Sequence record: PV593634.1
Strand: one strand, 5' to 3'
Length of the DNA stretch: 64,000 nt
The notes under the pieces are model-generated. The model saw nothing but the letters and a program-made list of their open reading frames with translations, was not told the DNA's origin and made no database searches. Made by a program: the position numbers and the translations under genes. Shown in pieces: positions 26,293 to 35,386 of the stretch; the stretch's first letter is position 1, and each line of letters opens with the position of its first letter.

Positions 26293-27171
26293 ATGATCGT
26301 CGGCAAAATGTTAAAAGAGAAGTATGGTTTTGACAGCGCAGCAGTTGTCGAAATGTTCTGTGAACAGTATGGTTACAGCAGGAAGTTCGTTGAAGATCTG
26401 CTTAATGATAAATGGACCGATCTGTTGCTTTGTCACGAAATGGATATTCTCGATTTCACAAAGATTGATGAGTCCTTGTTCAGATCCTGGACTGACGAGT
26501 ATTCGTTCAGCAACACATGTGCTCCTATGGGTAAAGCATACGACAACCCGATGGCTAAACTACCCGAAATCAATCTCGGTTCATTCGAACCTAAGCTGTT
26601 CGTTAGACATACGGCATTTGGTAGCCAGGTTCGTGCTGGATTCTTCCCCAATCCTGACGAGGTAGAGTTTAAACCGGAAGCTGGTGATCTTACCCCTAGA
26701 GCACTGGATATGTTAAAAGCTATTGGTATGGCTCCTATCACGGTTGATCTGGATGGTAATGATGGTGGTCTTTCTAAGAAGTTGGCCGATATCAAAGCTG
26801 AGTGGGGTAGTGAGCCAGTTGTTCACAATTCTAATATGCCAGTTCCTAGAGCTAAACATACTCATGAACTGGATGAAGAAGATGTGAATCTCATCTATCC
26901 TCAACGTACTGTTAATCTGCTCGGTGGTATTGATCTTCAACCCATCCCTCTGTTAGAAACTATTCCGAAACTTAGCGATCTAGTTTCACCCGACTGGGAG
27001 AACATCGCAGAACGTCCTGAAATGATCCCTGATCCAGGTCCAGACAACATCATCGTACCTCTCGAGTTATTCGAAAGTATGGCCGATGCTTGTTCCGATG
27101 GTGGGTTCTCAGTTCCCGCTACCAGAGCCTATGACCTTTTAGAGAAACATGAGGAGAAGTATGGTGAGTAA
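26293..27171 (+). CDS. Hypothetical protein
   Basis: 292 aa, AAGGAG RBS. Confidence 0.75.
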   Translation: MIVGKMLKEKYGFDSAAVVEMFCEQYGYSRKFVEDLLNDKWTDLLLCHEMDILDFTKIDESLFRSWTDEYSFSNTCAPMGKAYDNPMAKLPEINLGSFEPKLFVRHTAFGSQVRAGFFPNPDEVEFKPEAGDLTPRALDMLKAIGMAPITVDLDGNDGGLSKKLADIKAEWGSEPVVHNSNMPVPRAKHTHELDEEDVNLIYPQRTVNLLGGIDLQPIPLLETIPKLSDLVSPDWENIAERPEMIPDPGPDNIIVPLELFESMADACSDGGFSVPATRAYDLLEKHEEKYGE

Positions 27172-27502
27172 TGCATCCAAAGCTTTTAAAGAAGTAACCA
27201 GTCTGATTCGTCAGTCTCGTGAAAAGGCTTTACATCAACACTTCGATAAAGTCTTCGAAGGTGAGAAGTCTAACATCTTCGTTAGTCAAAACTTTCAGTA
27301 CGGTATTGTCTTTGGTCGTTATCATGATCTGGAGACAAAAGAAGTTACCGGTTCCGTTTCTGTTAACGGTAAAGTTGTTCTGAGTATCACTTACTTGCTG
27401 GATGGATTCTCTCCGTACATGAAGTATGAAGATATGTTCGTTGATGCCGTAGTCAACTTAATCTATCGTGAAGAAAGGAAGTTCCTAAATGAGCGGGGAT
27501 AA
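27161..27502 (+). CDS. Hypothetical protein
   Basis: GAGGAG RBS before ATG 27161. Confidence 0.7.
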   Translation: MVSNASKAFKEVTSLIRQSREKALHQHFDKVFEGEKSNIFVSQNFQYGIVFGRYHDLETKEVTGSVSVNGKVVLSITYLLDGFSPYMKYEDMFVDAVVNLIYREERKFLNERG

Positions 27503-28055
27503 AATCGCAACGAGTGATAAACTCAAAAGCACAATAGGTCGATTGCAGGAAGGTCCACAGGAAGTGGACTTACTGTTCTCTCATAAATCGCTAATGGCTA
27601 GGCACCCTGATTTCGATGAAGAAGGAAACCGTGTGGCTAAACAAACCGAGAAAGAGATCAAAGATAAAGTAGCTAAACACTTTACTAATGAACTCCTTCG
27701 CAAAATCTATACAGACTTGACCGATGAACAAGGTGACGCTCTCCGTCGTAGTCTGTCCACCAAACTGAACGGATTCAATAACGGTCCGGCAAAGGACAAA
27801 TACAACATCAAGGATTGGATGTTCCCGTTGTTCCAGGATCTTAAAGAAATAGCTGAGTCTAAAACTATTCTCTTTGTGGAACAGGTTGGTCGGGACTTTA
27901 ACGGTTGGAAGATTAAATTCAAATATTCACCTTCCATCGGCGAATTCGTCGAGATAACTAATGCAGAACAACGTATGTGTTTTACTCGAGACCATCTAAT
28001 CAAGAACTCCCCGTTTATGGTATACCAACAATTCAAGGCAGCATGTAATGTCTAA
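27489..28055 (+). CDS. Hypothetical protein
   Basis: 188 aa. Confidence 0.7.
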   Translation: MSGDKIATSDKLKSTIGRLQEGPQEVDLLFSHKSLMARHPDFDEEGNRVAKQTEKEIKDKVAKHFTNELLRKIYTDLTDEQGDALRRSLSTKLNGFNNGPAKDKYNIKDWMFPLFQDLKEIAESKTILFVEQVGRDFNGWKIKFKYSPSIGEFVEITNAEQRMCFTRDHLIKNSPFMVYQQFKAACNV

Positions 28056-28299
28056 ACACACTACAACTTTTAGTGATAACTTTTTACAGGAAGTAATTAA
28101 CCAGCAACGTCAACGTAATGGGCTGGTTGTTGAAAACTTTATCCAGGAACTTAATCCGTTAGAGAAGCCAAAGGTTATGATCTCTTTACCTCTTGAGTTG
28201 GTAGAAGACGTACTTTGTCATATCTCAGCGGGTCACGATCATTGTGACGAATCTCTCGAACTCGATCGTTTAGTCGAAGAGTTTAAAGAAACACTATAA
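28048..28299 (+). CDS. Hypothetical protein
   Basis: 83 aa. Confidence 0.65.
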   Translation: MSKHTTTFSDNFLQEVINQQRQRNGLVVENFIQELNPLEKPKVMISLPLELVEDVLCHISAGHDHCDESLELDRLVEEFKETL

Positions 28300-28343
28300 C
28301 CAGAATGGGGTAGCTAACCTACCCCTTCTAAGAGGATAAAGCA

Positions 28344-28937
28344 ATGCGCAAAATGACCATACTGTACATCAGTACCATAGTCCATCAGTTAATGACAGAA
28401 ATTGTCCCACTGATCGATTCTGATAAACGTTCTTATGACACCGACATCAACGGTTTCAAATTCCATGTTGGGTTCGCCGATGTGGTTGACGATACCGATA
28501 TCAGTCAAGTCCGTATTACCATCTTCCTTAACGGTTCCAAGTTGCTAATCGTGACTTGTAACTCCAAGATGACTGAGCAGTTTAAACCTTCCCTGAAATC
28601 AGCTATCCATTATAACCTGGTTTCTAAGATGTTCCGTTCTAAACTTCAAGACCTGGGCGATGTGTTAGTTAAAAAACTCGAAACCTCACGCCAGGAAACC
28701 ATTGATATTGCATTCGGTCACTGGGTTAAACTGGAAATCGATCCTCGTGCTCGTTCCGGTATGCGAATGTCATACGGGGATGGTGAAGGGACTTTGATGT
28801 CTACCCCGGTAGATGATCCAGGTCAATCAGTTCAATATGTCATTAGTTCTCTACGTGGTCGTTCAGAAACCATACCTTACGTAGTGGATCAAAACAAAGC
28901 CATCGAAATTGATCTCGAAAACTTTAAATGGAGTTAA
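28344..28937 (+). CDS. Hypothetical protein
   Basis: 197 aa, GAGG RBS. Confidence 0.7.
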   Translation: MRKMTILYISTIVHQLMTEIVPLIDSDKRSYDTDINGFKFHVGFADVVDDTDISQVRITIFLNGSKLLIVTCNSKMTEQFKPSLKSAIHYNLVSKMFRSKLQDLGDVLVKKLETSRQETIDIAFGHWVKLEIDPRARSGMRMSYGDGEGTLMSTPVDDPGQSVQYVISSLRGRSETIPYVVDQNKAIEIDLENFKWS

Positions 28938-28938
28938 C

Positions 28939-29301
28939 ATGTTAACCAAGAAAGATTATCAAGACGAACTTTGTAAGTTCACAGGTGATGCATTGAAGAA
29001 CCTGGTTAAACAAAATACTCCAGAGTTCCAGACCGAATACCGCTATCGTGACGGTGGTCCCGATAACCCAGGTGGCACTCGTGTTACCTTTGAACGCCAA
29101 GGCCCGCTTGAGATCGTAATCATTCCTTTCTACGGTAAGGAAGTTAAACTGCGTTTCAAGTTTGGTCACGAACGTGGTAAGGTTCCTCAAGATGTCTTGG
29201 ATATGTTTGAGAAGAACATCGAAGAGAACGTCAAGAAGATCGCCATTATGTTTGATCACGTTGTTAACGAAGTTTACGAACAGGAGAAGTTGAAATCATG
29301 A
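28939..29301 (+). CDS. Hypothetical protein
   Basis: GGAG RBS before ATG 28939. Confidence 0.7.
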   Translation: MLTKKDYQDELCKFTGDALKNLVKQNTPEFQTEYRYRDGGPDNPGGTRVTFERQGPLEIVIIPFYGKEVKLRFKFGHERGKVPQDVLDMFEKNIEENVKKIAIMFDHVVNEVYEQEKLKS

Positions 29302-29672
29302 TTGGTATTGAACTGGTTAGCTTTGATCGTGAGCACTTGGACCAAGAAGATCTTGATTCAGGCCACCTGGAGTTCCTGGAAGCATTTGGTCGAGCTAATG
29401 ACGAGATCACCTTTGAAGGTGTCACCGGTCTTGACGTAGTCGTCCGTGAATTCCTGGGTATCGATAAAGACTGGGAGAAAGATGGAGAAGACGTTGAGTG
29501 GGATTACTTCCTGCTGAACAAAGATCAATGCATTGAGCTGATGAAGAAGATCTCTCAAGCCAGCCTTAAGTTGATCGGTTCCCGTGAGTACTTTGTTGAT
29601 ATGATCAGTGGTCTGGTTAACAAGTTTGACTGGGAAAATGAAGTACTGGCTATTACTATCGGAGACGAGTAA
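29298..29672 (+). CDS. Hypothetical acidic protein
   Basis: 124 aa, ATGA overlap. Confidence 0.7.
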   Translation: MIGIELVSFDREHLDQEDLDSGHLEFLEAFGRANDEITFEGVTGLDVVVREFLGIDKDWEKDGEDVEWDYFLLNKDQCIELMKKISQASLKLIGSREYFVDMISGLVNKFDWENEVLAITIGDE

Positions 29673-30217
29673 TGGATCCACGTGATGCATTCACCGGAGG
29701 GAAGATTGTTCCCTCTGAGTTGTTAGAAGAAATGATTGGTGTTATCATCGATCTCTATCCAGGACATCCATGCATCCCTAAAGCTCAACGCATCCTGGAT
29801 ACCAAAATGTCTGATTTTTATGCTCGGAAAACTCACATGGATGCCAAACTTAACTTGATGAATCACATCAATAAGGTTGACGTTAACTTAGGTAGCATTG
29901 CTGGTAAACCGGTAGAGCTTCCAGGTACTATCGAACTGTATGGTTCTACTCCTAAGGAAGAACTGATCGATGGTCGTTCTGGTGCTGAGAAATGGCACGA
30001 TTGCATCAAAGCTAAATTACAACGTAGCGATGATGTACTAAACCGAGCTATCAAGTACTATGATCTCTCTAGTGATCAGTTATACTCCAAACTTAACGGC
30101 CCGGCTACGGTACCAAACCCAACCTTTACACTCCAGGGTCTTTACTGGGTATTCGAATCCACTCCTGGTTATTGGGAAGATGTTTGGGAAAACTGCTTTG
30201 GATGTAAGATATGTTAG
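29672..30217 (+). CDS. Hypothetical protein
   Basis: 181 aa. Confidence 0.7.
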   Translation: MDPRDAFTGGKIVPSELLEEMIGVIIDLYPGHPCIPKAQRILDTKMSDFYARKTHMDAKLNLMNHINKVDVNLGSIAGKPVELPGTIELYGSTPKEELIDGRSGAEKWHDCIKAKLQRSDDVLNRAIKYYDLSSDQLYSKLNGPATVPNPTFTLQGLYWVFESTPGYWEDVWENCFGCKIC

Positions 30218-30645
30218 TCGTCGACCATAACAATATCGACGAGTTCATGTTTCACTTAACTGGATCTACCCACAAAGGTCCCTTCTGGAAAAGCTGGATA
30301 AAGACTAAGTGGTGGGTGAAAGATAAGTTGAATGGTCTGAAGTACGATCCTGCTATTAAGTTCGTACTTTATGATCTTCAGAACAACCTTTATATCAAAC
30401 ATGGTAAACGTAAACCTGTCCGTCTACGTTTCCTGAATGACAAAGGTGAACTCAAAAGTGGTTGGTTCATTGTAACAAATAAGTACGGTGACTTCTATAT
30501 TAAGGAAGCTTGGTTCAAATCGGTAAGAGATGCTGAACCTAATAAAGGTCCTATGGTATTTAAGAAACCAAGACGATCTGTACGACACATTACCATTAAA
30601 GGTTGGGTGTCTACTTATATATTTCCATATCACAAAACAATCTAA
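30211..30645 (+). CDS. Hypothetical basic, Trp-rich protein
   Basis: 144 aa. Confidence 0.7.
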   Translation: MLVVDHNNIDEFMFHLTGSTHKGPFWKSWIKTKWWVKDKLNGLKYDPAIKFVLYDLQNNLYIKHGKRKPVRLRFLNDKGELKSGWFIVTNKYGDFYIKEAWFKSVRDAEPNKGPMVFKKPRRSVRHITIKGWVSTYIFPYHKTI

Positions 30646-30653
30646 GAGGAACA

Positions 30654-30965
30654 ATGATGGAATTAGAAGCCGGTAAAGAAATCCTGAAGGCTAATATCGT
30701 TAAAGGTATGCTGGAAGCTTATCCTTCCAATAAACCCATCAAAGATGAAGTTGAGTACGAAATTGAACTCGGTCTACTACGTTTCAAAACCCGCGACGCT
30801 TCCCCTGATAGCGTGACCATCGTTTACCTGAACGGCAAACGTCTTTACAAGATCTTGGTCGACTGTCGTCAGACCCGCCACCCTGAAGATTTTGGACAAT
30901 ACCTGTTAGCTAAGCTGGATCGTGAATCCTTCTCAGAACAGGTTTCTAAACTTCTGGCAGCATAA
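30654..30965 (+). CDS. Hypothetical protein
   Basis: GAGGA RBS before ATG 30654. Confidence 0.7.
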   Translation: MMELEAGKEILKANIVKGMLEAYPSNKPIKDEVEYEIELGLLRFKTRDASPDSVTIVYLNGKRLYKILVDCRQTRHPEDFGQYLLAKLDRESFSEQVSKLLAA

Positions 30966-30971
30966 GTTTAA

Positions 30972-31000
30972 CTCTACCCTGGGCCATGCCCAGGGTAGAG
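30972..31000 (+). terminator. Intrinsic terminator
   Basis: Perfect 13-bp stem CTCTACCCTGGGC/GCCCAGGGTAGAG plus T-tract. Confidence 0.85.
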
Positions 31001-31031
31001 GTTATTTTTACTTTGTATTATTTTTCAGCCA

Positions 31032-31048
31032 GATATTATCTACGTGTA
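31032..31048 (+). promoter_or_regulatory. Phage promoter-like motif
   Basis: GATATTATCTACGTGTA just after a terminator. Confidence 0.7.
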
Positions 31049-31079
31049 TAAACAAACATTAATTTAGAGGATACTTGTA

Positions 31080-31664
31080 ATGGCCATTATTAATCAGCTT
31101 GCAGCGGAAGCACTGGTAGAGATCATTGAAACAAACATCAATAAGTGTATCGAGAACAATTGCCTCCCGGTTGGATATACCATGGACGAGGTAACCGAGA
31201 TCACCGTTTATGGTGATTATAATCCACATAGTAAAATCACTGCAATCAAAGTGATGATGTTGGGTAACAGCGTATTGACGATGTCCCATAAGTTCGATGG
31301 CAAATACAAGATGCCTAAAGAGACAAAAGAACTCTTAGCTTCCAACATTATCAAGAACACTTTAATGCATGCTTGCGAAGAAGAGTTCTTCTATGACAAC
31401 CTGTCCAACTTACTCTGCGGGTTAACTGCCGAGAAAACATTAGTGCATCCTATCGGTCTGGAAATCAAATACAGTTCCGAAGATGACTCTCAGGTATTTA
31501 TGGCGACTTACAATGGTAAGATTCTGTTTGCTCGAGAAGAAGCAATCAATGTCGATCAAGGTATCGGTCATAATCTCCTTACCACAGACGAAGACTTTGT
31601 TGCCATTATCAACAAACTCATTAACCACGTAATCGAATCCACCGACTTTGAATTTAACATTTAA
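31080..31664 (+). CDS. Hypothetical early protein
   Basis: 194 aa. Confidence 0.75.
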   Translation: MAIINQLAAEALVEIIETNINKCIENNCLPVGYTMDEVTEITVYGDYNPHSKITAIKVMMLGNSVLTMSHKFDGKYKMPKETKELLASNIIKNTLMHACEEEFFYDNLSNLLCGLTAEKTLVHPIGLEIKYSSEDDSQVFMATYNGKILFAREEAINVDQGIGHNLLTTDEDFVAIINKLINHVIESTDFEFNI

Positions 31665-31678
31665 TAAGGAACATTGAA

Positions 31679-32314
31679 ATGATCGTATCTAAATCAAACC
31701 TGAACATGCTTGTAGACAACCTGATTGCTCAAGTTGTTATCCGCGGTATTGAAAAGGGATGGCCTCTGGGTGGTTACAAAGTTGAATGCTTCCAGTACGA
31801 TGAAGCCTACCTCTTTGATGTTCTGGTTGGTCATCCAAATGACCGTGGTGTCGATCTGTGCATCTCACACAAAGGTAAAACTATCGGCATGGTTAAGATC
31901 AAAGACACCATTATGTTTGGTCGTTCTAGTTTGGCTACCGATCTGGCTAAATGGCGAGATCAAACCAAAGAGTATCTGATCAACCAACTGGGTAAATATC
32001 TGGCAGAGAAGTTCGTTGATGAGAACCCAACCGTCGGTGCATTCTTTAAAGACGTGATGGACGGTATCGAAGGTGGTACTATTCACATTGCTGGTATCAA
32101 GTTCAACGCTATGCTCCGTGGTAACTCTGGTTGGTTCGTAGTTAAACAAGGCGGCAACACCCTGATTCATATCGAACGTACTAACGCACTCGGTATGACT
32201 ACAGCGCAGGGTTGGCAGGCTATGAACGGTAATACCATTATCTCTGAGTTCCGTCGCACTCTGGTTACGTTGATTGCCAATACTGACGACTTTAAGTTCT
32301 CGGTTCAGATGTAA
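31679..32314 (+). CDS. Hypothetical early protein
   Basis: 211 aa. Confidence 0.75.
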   Translation: MIVSKSNLNMLVDNLIAQVVIRGIEKGWPLGGYKVECFQYDEAYLFDVLVGHPNDRGVDLCISHKGKTIGMVKIKDTIMFGRSSLATDLAKWRDQTKEYLINQLGKYLAEKFVDENPTVGAFFKDVMDGIEGGTIHIAGIKFNAMLRGNSGWFVVKQGGNTLIHIERTNALGMTTAQGWQAMNGNTIISEFRRTLVTLIANTDDFKFSVQM

Positions 32315-32634
32315 TGGCGATACCAAAGAAACATCTACCACGAGTCGCTAAGTTTACAGAGTTAGTTCTGGGCTTAGTGGTTCGTGAAGAAACCCCAAGA
32401 GTGTTCTACCGTAAAGGAGCACTCGACGCCAACTATCAGATATCTCTTTATTCGACTGGTCTGTTACCACAAGGTAATGACGACACTATCGAGATCTCTG
32501 GCAAAGTAAACGATAAAGAAATCGGGAAGTTCTATATCAAAGGTTCTGATATTGCTTCCCATACTGTTGACAAACAACTCGTGAAAGATGTCACAGATGC
32601 TTTCGCTAAACTACGTATTAAGGAAATGAAATGA
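32314..32634 (+). CDS. Hypothetical early protein
   Basis: 106 aa. Confidence 0.7.
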   Translation: MAIPKKHLPRVAKFTELVLGLVVREETPRVFYRKGALDANYQISLYSTGLLPQGNDDTIEISGKVNDKEIGKFYIKGSDIASHTVDKQLVKDVTDAFAKLRIKEMK

Positions 32635-33290
32635 GCATGCACTTTACCCTAGCTGGGTTAGATCGTATTTCTGAACAATTCCCGGCCATGATAGAAACGG
32701 TTGTAGCGGCTGCACTCAAACGTGGCCGTGCTAATCCAGAATGTGAAATCCGTCATATTGCCTTAGATAACGGAGAAAGTCGAGAACTCTTTGCCTGGGT
32801 TATCCAGAACCAACCTACCGGCTCCGAACACGCCTGTGTGGTGTCACTGAACACGTCGACTGGCCCATGGAATATTTATCTGGACGAAGAGGACTTTAAC
32901 GAAGGTTTCGTATTACCGCCTTCCTTCTTAGAAGGGTCGTCCCGCTCTTTATCAGTTACGATCGCCGAGGGCATGGCGTATCGCTGGTATGGACACAACC
33001 TATCTGATAAGGTACGTCGTCTATGTGAAGAAGGTGAATTCACTGAAGCGTTCGCTGAAATTCACGATGGTATTTCTGGTGGATACGATGCAAATGGTTA
33101 TACGATTACCGTATATTCTCCTGAACATAAACTTCAGGTAAATGACATTCATTATTGCATCTGTCCAGATTTGGAAAAGAATCGTGAAGCATTCTATCGT
33201 TATTTGGAACGCGCAGCTGTATTAGCCTTAATTGGCAATTACAATCAGAACCTGGTAGAGAAATGGTCTGCCCCTCTTTTATTCAGCTAA
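32631..33290 (+). CDS. Hypothetical early protein
   Basis: 219 aa. Confidence 0.7.
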   Translation: MSMHFTLAGLDRISEQFPAMIETVVAAALKRGRANPECEIRHIALDNGESRELFAWVIQNQPTGSEHACVVSLNTSTGPWNIYLDEEDFNEGFVLPPSFLEGSSRSLSVTIAEGMAYRWYGHNLSDKVRRLCEEGEFTEAFAEIHDGISGGYDANGYTITVYSPEHKLQVNDIHYCICPDLEKNREAFYRYLERAAVLALIGNYNQNLVEKWSAPLLFS

Positions 33291-33301
33291 GGAATACGAA
33301 C

Positions 33302-34000
33302 ATGACTTATCAAATTCAATACACTCCGGCTCAGATCAAAGCTCTGGCTCCTAAGTTCCGCGAAATGCTGATTGCTATCTGTAATAAACTGCTGTCCTTC
33401 AAAGAAGATCCCCATAGCGTAAAAGAAGATATGTTCTGGGATCTCGATGGTAACAAGTTCCGCATCCATTTGTCTTCCAACCCACTGAACACAGTTCTGA
33501 GTGGGGGTAAGGGAAACCGTTTCACCGAAGGTGTTGTTCGCGCTTGCGTGATGATATCTGGTGGTCCATATGTTCTTCATCTGGATGCAGAAGACTTCGA
33601 CAAACCTGTTGAAGAAGTTATGAACGATAAGCTGTTGGATGACCTGACCGAATCTTTGATTACCCAGATCACCTACACCATGGCTCAACGTTGGATGGCC
33701 TCTAACAATATCGTTAACAAAATGAAAGCGATGGTTGAAGCTAAAGACTACTCCGCTATTGAAAGCTTTACAGGTCTGGATATATCTGTTCTCCATGATG
33801 AAGAACAATTCCAGGTTTTCATGTGGTATAACAACAAACAGGTTTATTCCAAATCTGAGTTCAACCCAATGAAAGGTAAGGAAAGTAACTATTACCTGAT
33901 CGCTTGTACCAAAGCGGTTCTTGAAGCCATCACAATGGCCATGGTTGAAGATCACGGTTTCAAAGAAGCCTGGACTCACCACATCGTTTTATCCGCTTAA
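33302..34000 (+). CDS. Hypothetical early protein
   Basis: AAGGAA RBS before ATG 33302. Confidence 0.75.
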   Translation: MTYQIQYTPAQIKALAPKFREMLIAICNKLLSFKEDPHSVKEDMFWDLDGNKFRIHLSSNPLNTVLSGGKGNRFTEGVVRACVMISGGPYVLHLDAEDFDKPVEEVMNDKLLDDLTESLITQITYTMAQRWMASNNIVNKMKAMVEAKDYSAIESFTGLDISVLHDEEQFQVFMWYNNKQVYSKSEFNPMKGKESNYYLIACTKAVLEAITMAMVEDHGFKEAWTHHIVLSA

Positions 34001-34029
34001 TTAACCCATTTACTAGAAAGGAATAAATC

Positions 34030-34338
34030 ATGAAATTCGAAAACGCTAAAGTAGTTCGCCTGGTAGAACGTCACGCAGCTGAGTTCGCTAACGAAGGTGC
34101 TAAACTAGGCGCAACCAAATCCATTATCTTTGATGGCGTTGAAGTAACCACTAAGTTGAACGGTTTTAACAGTTCCCGTAAAGGTATCATTATCGAAACT
34201 ACCATCGGTAATGTTAAGCTGGGTTGTTCTACTCTGAAACTGAAACCTCGCGGTTTTTCACACGTAACAAATGTGAACTACAACTGGTTGTACAACCAAG
34301 CGGTTCAAATGGTTAAGGATCCGCGCGTAATCGGATAA
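34030..34338 (+). CDS. Hypothetical protein
   Basis: 102 aa. Confidence 0.75.
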   Translation: MKFENAKVVRLVERHAAEFANEGAKLGATKSIIFDGVEVTTKLNGFNSSRKGIIIETTIGNVKLGCSTLKLKPRGFSHVTNVNYNWLYNQAVQMVKDPRVIG

Positions 34339-34346
34339 GGTGACTT

Positions 34347-34805
34347 ATGCAACGCTATCTAATCAGTATCGATAAACGCTCTCTCATAGTGGTAGATACG
34401 GTCGGTGAAGGTACGTTGCGTATTAACTTCAAACCACCAAGTAAGCCAAAGGTCAATCCCGCTTTAGAAGCCTGGAATGATTTAGAAATGGCTTTGAATT
34501 CCGGCAAGCTCACATTGGGCTTGTTCGGATATTCTACCATTACCGAACGACGCGGTTTTAAATTAGAAGGGGAAGTCGTCTTATCAAGATCACACCTTCA
34601 TGACTGTGAGATCCGTAATGGTAACTTACACATGGTCTCCTTTAAACAGAAGACTTTGGTATCAGAATCCACACTAAGTTTCATGGGTTCTAACCGGTTT
34701 GGGTTAATAGCTTTCAAAGACTGTTACTTTAAACAAACACCCCCAGAAGGTTTCTTCAGAAGAAATACTTCATACTTCAAAAACAAACTTGTAGAAGGAA
34801 ATTAA
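34347..34805 (+). CDS. Hypothetical protein, possible short beta-helix
   Basis: 152 aa with five-residue hydrophobic periodicity. Confidence 0.6.
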   Translation: MQRYLISIDKRSLIVVDTVGEGTLRINFKPPSKPKVNPALEAWNDLEMALNSGKLTLGLFGYSTITERRGFKLEGEVVLSRSHLHDCEIRNGNLHMVSFKQKTLVSESTLSFMGSNRFGLIAFKDCYFKQTPPEGFFRRNTSYFKNKLVEGN

Positions 34806-34806
34806 T

Positions 34807-35319
34807 ATGAACATGTTCGAACAGAAACTCGATACCAACAAACGTACTTTCACTCTGACCGACAAATCCAATGGTTCTACCCTGGTATTCCGTCAGGACC
34901 TATCTCAGGAATATCGTGATGCAGTTGACTTTGACGATACTGATCGTCTGGTTGAGTTCGTTAACGATCTCATCGAAGATTTTAACAAAGGTGTTATCCA
35001 CCTGCGCTTCTGTGGCGAGAACTTGATCACTTGGGACGACGACAAGTTCCCATGTCTGCAAGGTAGTGTGCAGTTGGAAAACTGCACTATCGATAACCCA
35101 CGCCTTCACAATGCTGTACTGAAGAACGTGAAGATCCCAAATGCTGGTAATACCAATATCTCTTACTCGAACATCTTCGGGCTAGAACATAACTTTGCTG
35201 GAGATATCTACATCTGTTACTGCATTGTTAACGATAGCTATCCAGCAGTACGCGAAGGTATTGTGCTCGGTAAGAACGAATTCCTGATGGGAAAAGCTGT
35301 CGATGGAACTATGTGGTAA
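34807..35319 (+). CDS. Hypothetical protein, possible short beta-helix
   Basis: 170 aa; LENCTIDNPRLHNAVLKNVKI. Confidence 0.6.
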   Translation: MNMFEQKLDTNKRTFTLTDKSNGSTLVFRQDLSQEYRDAVDFDDTDRLVEFVNDLIEDFNKGVIHLRFCGENLITWDDDKFPCLQGSVQLENCTIDNPRLHNAVLKNVKIPNAGNTNISYSNIFGLEHNFAGDIYICYCIVNDSYPAVREGIVLGKNEFLMGKAVDGTMW

Positions 35320-35339
35320 GCTGTAAGTAATTTCAAGTA

Positions 35340-35356
35340 TACATCATTAAAGTGTA
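35340..35356 (+). promoter_or_regulatory. Phage promoter-like motif (variant)
   Basis: TACATCATTAAAGTGTA. Confidence 0.5.
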
Positions 35357-35386
35357 AACTCATTTAACTATAGAAGGAAACATCCC

